Source: a virus (lineage: Duplodnaviria; Caudoviricetes). Taken from it: a DNA stretch of 64,000 bases. Made by a program: the position numbers and the translations under genes. The notes under the pieces were generated by a model. The model searched no databases. It saw nothing but the letters and a program-made list of their open reading frames with translations, and was not told where the DNA came from. The stretch is from IMG/VR virus record IMGVR_UViG_3300032237_000809, positions 61,504 through 125,503 of that record. One strand, written 5' to 3'. Shown one piece after another: positions 60,096 through 64,000 of the stretch (position 1 is the first letter of the stretch; each line of letters begins with the position of its first letter).

Positions 60096-60976
60096 CAGTT
60101 TGAGGCACTCCTGGAAAGTAATTTCCTTGGCTAAACAGGGTGAACTGCTGGAACCCTAAGTTATATTGCATTCCTTCAATATTGTGCTAGTATAAATAAA
60201 AATAAGTTAGCATAATGTTAAATGAGTAAACCACTTTCTTTTGAACATATTCAAAATATTGCCGAATCTAGAAATCATAAATTAATTTCTATGGACGGAT
60301 ATACTTGCGTTAAAAGTAAAATAAAGTTTTTTTGTTTTACTTGCAATAATGAATTTGAAACATCTTTAGCGTCTTATAAAAACTCACCTAAAACAGGTTG
60401 CCCACATTGCAAAAAGAAAAGAATTTCTGAATTGCATACTAATAAACTGGTTTCTTCGCAAACTAGACAAAAATTAAGTAAAAAGGCAACTGGACGAAAA
60501 GGTTCTTTAAAGGGTGTATATGGAAAAAACCATCCATCCTTCAAAGGAACACCAAGTAGAGATTTTCATAATCCCTCAACGGATTATTATATTTGGATAA
60601 ACGCCGTTAGGGAAAGAGTTGGGCGTTATTGTTGCGTCACCGGGTCTAAAAAAGATTTAGTAGTCCACCATTTATATGGTTGGAACGCATATCCAGATTT
60701 AAGATATAATATTACTAATGGAATTGTTTTAACAAAGCAAATTCATAAAGAATTTCACGATAAATATGGGTACGGTAATAATACAAAAGAACAATTTATT
60801 CAATTTTTGAAAGATCAGTATAATATGGAAATCAGCATCCAAGTTGGAGGTACACCTCCAAAAGGTTCAGAGACTACTGGAGAGGTTTAGTCCTCTTAAT
60901 AACCAGAATAAGCGCCCTGCCCCCATTATGGGGTGATGATATAGTCCACTCCCTTACGAAAGTCTGGGGTAAAGTG
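60096..60976 (+). mobile_element. Group I intron 1 (881 nt) with HNH ORF
   Basis: P1 AGUGU/GCACU with U.G at splice site; P GAACTGCTGGAA, Q AATCAGCATCC, R GTTCAGAGACTA, S ATGATATAGTCC; terminal G; splicing restores V-F186-Q. Confidence 0.92.
60222..60890 (+). CDS. Intron-encoded HNH homing endonuclease
   Basis: CxxC pairs; VHHL...NGIVL...H..FH..YG; TATAAATA at 60191-60198. Confidence 0.88.
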   Translation: MSKPLSFEHIQNIAESRNHKLISMDGYTCVKSKIKFFCFTCNNEFETSLASYKNSPKTGCPHCKKKRISELHTNKLVSSQTRQKLSKKATGRKGSLKGVYGKNHPSFKGTPSRDFHNPSTDYYIWINAVRERVGRYCCVTGSKKDLVVHHLYGWNAYPDLRYNITNGIVLTKQIHKEFHDKYGYGNNTKEQFIQFLKDQYNMEISIQVGGTPPKGSETTGEV

Positions 60977-61412
60977 TTCAGGCTGAACATAATATTCTAA
61001 TGAATCCGTTTCATATGTTGGGAGTTGCTGGCGTATTTGGTGGTGCATTAATCAGTGCAACTCATGGCTCACTTGTAACATCTTCAATTGTTCGTGAAAC
61101 AACGGAAAATGAATCTCAAAATTATGGATATAAATTTGGACAAGAAGAAGAGACCTATTCGTTGGTAGCCGCACACGGGTATCTGGGCCGTCTTCTGTTC
61201 CAATACGCATCCTTTAACAATAGCCGTTCATTACACTTTGTAATGGCTGCACTACCTGTTATTGGTATTTGGTTTGCCGCTTGTGGTATCTTTATGTCTG
61301 GTTTTAATTTGAATGGATTTAATTTCGTTCAGAGTGTTCAAGACTCACAGGGGCATCCTATTCCCACTTGGGCGGACGTATTGAACCGTGCTGGACTGGG
61401 AATGGAAGTGAT
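60977..61412 (+). CDS. psbA: D1 exon 2 (aa 186-331)
   Basis: [31 protein letters not shown]. Confidence 0.95.
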
Positions 61413-61666
61413 TTCCTAAATGTAGTCACCCTGGAATAGGAATATTCCTTGACGAAACTGGGTTAAACGGGGAAACTCTCAAGTAGACAATCCCGTACCA
61501 ATCCGAAGAGGACATAGGTTCTTCGGCAGGTCTAACGACTAGGTAGTGAGTTCCAACAATAATCTACCCACGAATGCCCAGCATCCAGAACGGATGAAGA
61601 GATAGTCTGGACTTACTAGCGATAGTAAGAAGTAAGAAATAAAGAGTTCTTACGATAACAACAACG
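61413..61666 (+). mobile_element. Group I intron 2 (254 nt, no ORF)
   Basis: P1 GUGAU/GUCAC; R-like AACGACTA, S GAAGAGATAGTC; terminal G; restores AT|G (M331). Confidence 0.92.
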
Positions 61667-61682
61667 GCATGAACGCAACGCT
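61667..61682 (+). CDS. psbA: D1 exon 3, 16-nt micro-exon ((M)HERNA)
   Basis: G CAT GAA CGC AAC GCT. Confidence 0.92.
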
Positions 61683-61940
61683 AGATTTGTTGGTGTTGGT
61701 ATTCAGTAATGAATATAAGTAAAATCGGGTTAAACGGGGAAACTCTCAAGTAGACAATCCCGTACCAAGTCAGAAAGGGTTAAAGTTTTCTGAAAGGTCT
61801 AACGACTAGGTAGTGAGTCCCAACAATAATCTACCCACGAATGCCCGACTCCTTAATAAACTTTAAGGATGAAGAGATAGTCTGAACTTATTGGCGACAG
61901 TAAGAAGTAAGAAATAAAGAGTTCTTACGATAACATATTG
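61683..61940 (+). mobile_element. Group I intron 3 (258 nt, no ORF)
   Basis: P1 CAACGCU/GGUGUUG; core near-identical to intron 2; terminal G. Confidence 0.92.
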
Positions 61941-62012
61941 CACAATTTCCCTCTTGACCTTGCTAGCGTAGAAGCAACTCCTGTTGCTCTAACAGCACCG
62001 TCAATCGGTTGA
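61941..62012 (+). CDS. psbA: D1 exon 4
   Basis: HNFPLDLA SVEATPVALTAPSIG*. Confidence 0.95.
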   Translation, partial: HNFPLDLASVEATPVALTAPSIG

Positions 62013-62040
62013 TATAACAACTAAATAATGATATAATGTT

Positions 62041-62069
62041 AAGGAAACTCTCACGAGTTTCCTTTTTTT
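62041..62069 (+). terminator. psbA terminator
   Basis: AAGGAAACTC-TCAC-GAGTTTCCTT followed by T-run. Confidence 0.8.
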
Positions 62070-62079
62070 ATAAATAGTA

Positions 62080-62772
62080 ATGGAAACTTATGAGAGTTTT
62101 ATGAAGGGAACTTATACCGCTAATGACCTAAAAGAACTCTGTGAAAATAGAGGTTTGGAATATATTGGAGAAATAAGAACACATACTAAAAGAGAAAAAA
62201 TAAAGGTATATTGTGAATGTTCTGGAGAACGAGAAGTATTAGTTTCTGGATTGAAGCATAGTAATTATTGTTGTCGTAGGAGAGCGAAACTTGGAGAAAA
62301 TAATCCTGCCCATCAAAAAGCACCCTGGAATAAAGGTAAAAAGTGTCCTGGAATTGGTGGGAGACCTGAAGGAGTGAAAAACTCCAAACCATATAGTCAA
62401 GAAACATTAGAAAAGTATTCCCAAGCAAGAAAAAGAATAACTAAAAACGGACAATCTTGGTCTGGATTTCAAAGACCTCAAGATGAAAATAGACCTGATA
62501 AACTTTATTTTATAAAACTCTATAATGGTAAGTATAAGGTCGGTAGGTCTTATAAAGGTTGGTTATATCGCAAGAAAGAAACTGCCGAACTTCTTGGTGA
62601 GTGGTCTGGAAAATCTATAGATATTTGGAACTTGGAAAGGAAAGTTCTAAATGAGTTTTCTTCTTATAAAGCACAACTAACCGAAATGAGTATGGGTCGT
62701 GGAATGACCGAACATTTTATAGATACTTTACCAATTCAAGAAGTAATTTCCTTTATAGAAAAATGCTCATAA
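62080..62772 (+). CDS. Free-standing GIY-YIG-superfamily (T5orf172-like) endonuclease
   Basis: Cys cluster, GENNP..PWNKG; KLYFI...YKVGRS...R...LE...GMTEHF; TATAAATA at 62069-62076; start may be 62101. Confidence 0.65.
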   Translation: METYESFMKGTYTANDLKELCENRGLEYIGEIRTHTKREKIKVYCECSGEREVLVSGLKHSNYCCRRRAKLGENNPAHQKAPWNKGKKCPGIGGRPEGVKNSKPYSQETLEKYSQARKRITKNGQSWSGFQRPQDENRPDKLYFIKLYNGKYKVGRSYKGWLYRKKETAELLGEWSGKSIDIWNLERKVLNEFSSYKAQLTEMSMGRGMTEHFIDTLPIQEVISFIEKCS

Positions 62773-62856
62773 TCCTCTCACAATCTCCCAATCCTCATAA
62801 TGTCTTCATTCCCTCAAACGTTATTTTCCTACATATAGAGGTGTTGCTTTTTACCG

Positions 62857-63018
62857 ATGAAAACCCTAACACTTACAGAACAAGAAATTAAACTCCTTGC
62901 AGATGCTATATGGTTGCGTCAGCGTCGTTTTATTGCAGGAGACAGAAGGTTTAAAGAATATGGTGTAATATTAAATACTCTTCTTGATGGCATGAACTAT
63001 ACTCCTTCTAGTTTTTGA
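62857..63018 (+). CDS. Small hypothetical protein
   Basis: MKTLTLTEQEIKLLADAIWLRQRRFIAGD... Confidence 0.55.
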   Translation: MKTLTLTEQEIKLLADAIWLRQRRFIAGDRRFKEYGVILNTLLDGMNYTPSSF

Positions 63019-63020
63019 TT

Positions 63021-63725
63021 ATGACTTATGACTCAATTTTTATTTCGGATCTTCACATTGGAACTCCGAGATGTAATACAAAGAAGTTATTAGAATTCTT
63101 AAAAAACATTAAGACCAAAAAACTGGTTTTAGTTGGTGATATTATTGATATTTACTGTATGGAAAAATATAATACTCGTTGGACTAAAGAACATACAGAA
63201 TGCGTTCATCAACTTTTAAATCTCGCAAAGAAAGGAACAGAAGTTATTTACATTCTTGGAAATCACGAAGGACAAATTCGTAGATACTGTGATTTCTCTC
63301 ATGAAAACTTTAGAATGGTGGATGAGTATGTGCATAAGGACTCAAAGGGAAATAAGTTTCTTTGTGTTCACGGAGATAAGTATTCTGAATATTCTTCTGG
63401 TTCTTGGAAACAGTTGATTTTTAATAAAGGATATGAGTTCATCACACCATTAAGTTTATTCTTTGAGAGATTTATTAACTTCTCTTTGGTTTATGCTCTG
63501 AAGAATACAATTCGTGGAAAGAAATACATCAGTCAATATGAGACCGATATTGCATCATATTGTGTTCAGAGAGATAAAAAATATGACGGAATTATAGTGG
63601 GTCACATACATCACGGAAACATTAGAACTTTTGGTAAAATTACTTATATGTGTTGCGGCGATTTCGTGGACTCGTGTTCTGCGATTGTGGAGAAGAATGG
63701 AATCTATTGTTTAGAAACTTATTGA
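63021..63725 (+). CDS. Metallophosphoesterase (LpxH-like)
   Basis: SDLHIG, GDIID, GNHE, HGD, GHIH. Confidence 0.85.
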   Translation: MTYDSIFISDLHIGTPRCNTKKLLEFLKNIKTKKLVLVGDIIDIYCMEKYNTRWTKEHTECVHQLLNLAKKGTEVIYILGNHEGQIRRYCDFSHENFRMVDEYVHKDSKGNKFLCVHGDKYSEYSSGSWKQLIFNKGYEFITPLSLFFERFINFSLVYALKNTIRGKKYISQYETDIASYCVQRDKKYDGIIVGHIHHGNIRTFGKITYMCCGDFVDSCSAIVEKNGIYCLETY

Positions 63726-64000
63726 ACTCTTATGATTCAAATTCTTATATTCTTTGAACTCTTCGCAGTGTTCCTCTTCATAATGTCTCTGCTCCCTTGA
63801 CGCCATTCAATAAGACTGCTATAATACTCACAAAATCTCAAAACATTATGAATCTAAAAGAATCATTTGCAAAATACGAACATCCTTTTGATTTTGTAAT
63901 AGAAACCGTAAAAAAAATAAGACAGTTAAAATCTGAATATAATCTTTCATCTAAACCAATTGATAATACATCCATCTATATAAAAAATAATGAAGCAAAG

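Noticed and set aside
59540-62012. psbA as a fragmented pseudogene
   Set aside because: Three canonical group I splices restore a full 359-aa frame

Overview
This AT-rich 64 kb window comes from a T4-like cyanomyovirus, probably freshwater, and nearly all genes lie on the + strand. It holds the replication core (cobS, gp45, gp44, gp62, regA, hsp20, gp43, uvsX, gp41, mazG, gp61, nrdA, nrdB), late and virion genes, a lysis region and nine tRNAs. It also carries a porin, Dps, a ~14.5 kb glycosyl/methyltransferase island, two hli genes and psbA. Main observations: (1) a complete -1 ribosomal frameshift signal (SD-like GGGGAG, A_AAA_AAG, 5-nt spacer, perfect 12-bp stem) is predicted to fuse a C39 peptidase to a GH24 lysozyme that lacks a good start of its own. 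(2) psbA is split by three group I introns; two are near-identical ORF-less twins flanking a 16-nt micro-exon that encodes Mn-cluster ligands H332/E333. (3) The spliced D1 is unusually divergent at the ChlD1 site and QB pocket while keeping all OEC ligands. (4) The gp41 helicase is fractured by a gp41-1-type split intein, with a GIY-YIG endonuclease and a passenger gene between the halves. (5) A dispersed four-member family of late genes is built from shared acidic modules around unrelated basic payloads, with DNA-level evidence of module shuffling. Family assignments rest on recognised motifs; no database searches were run.
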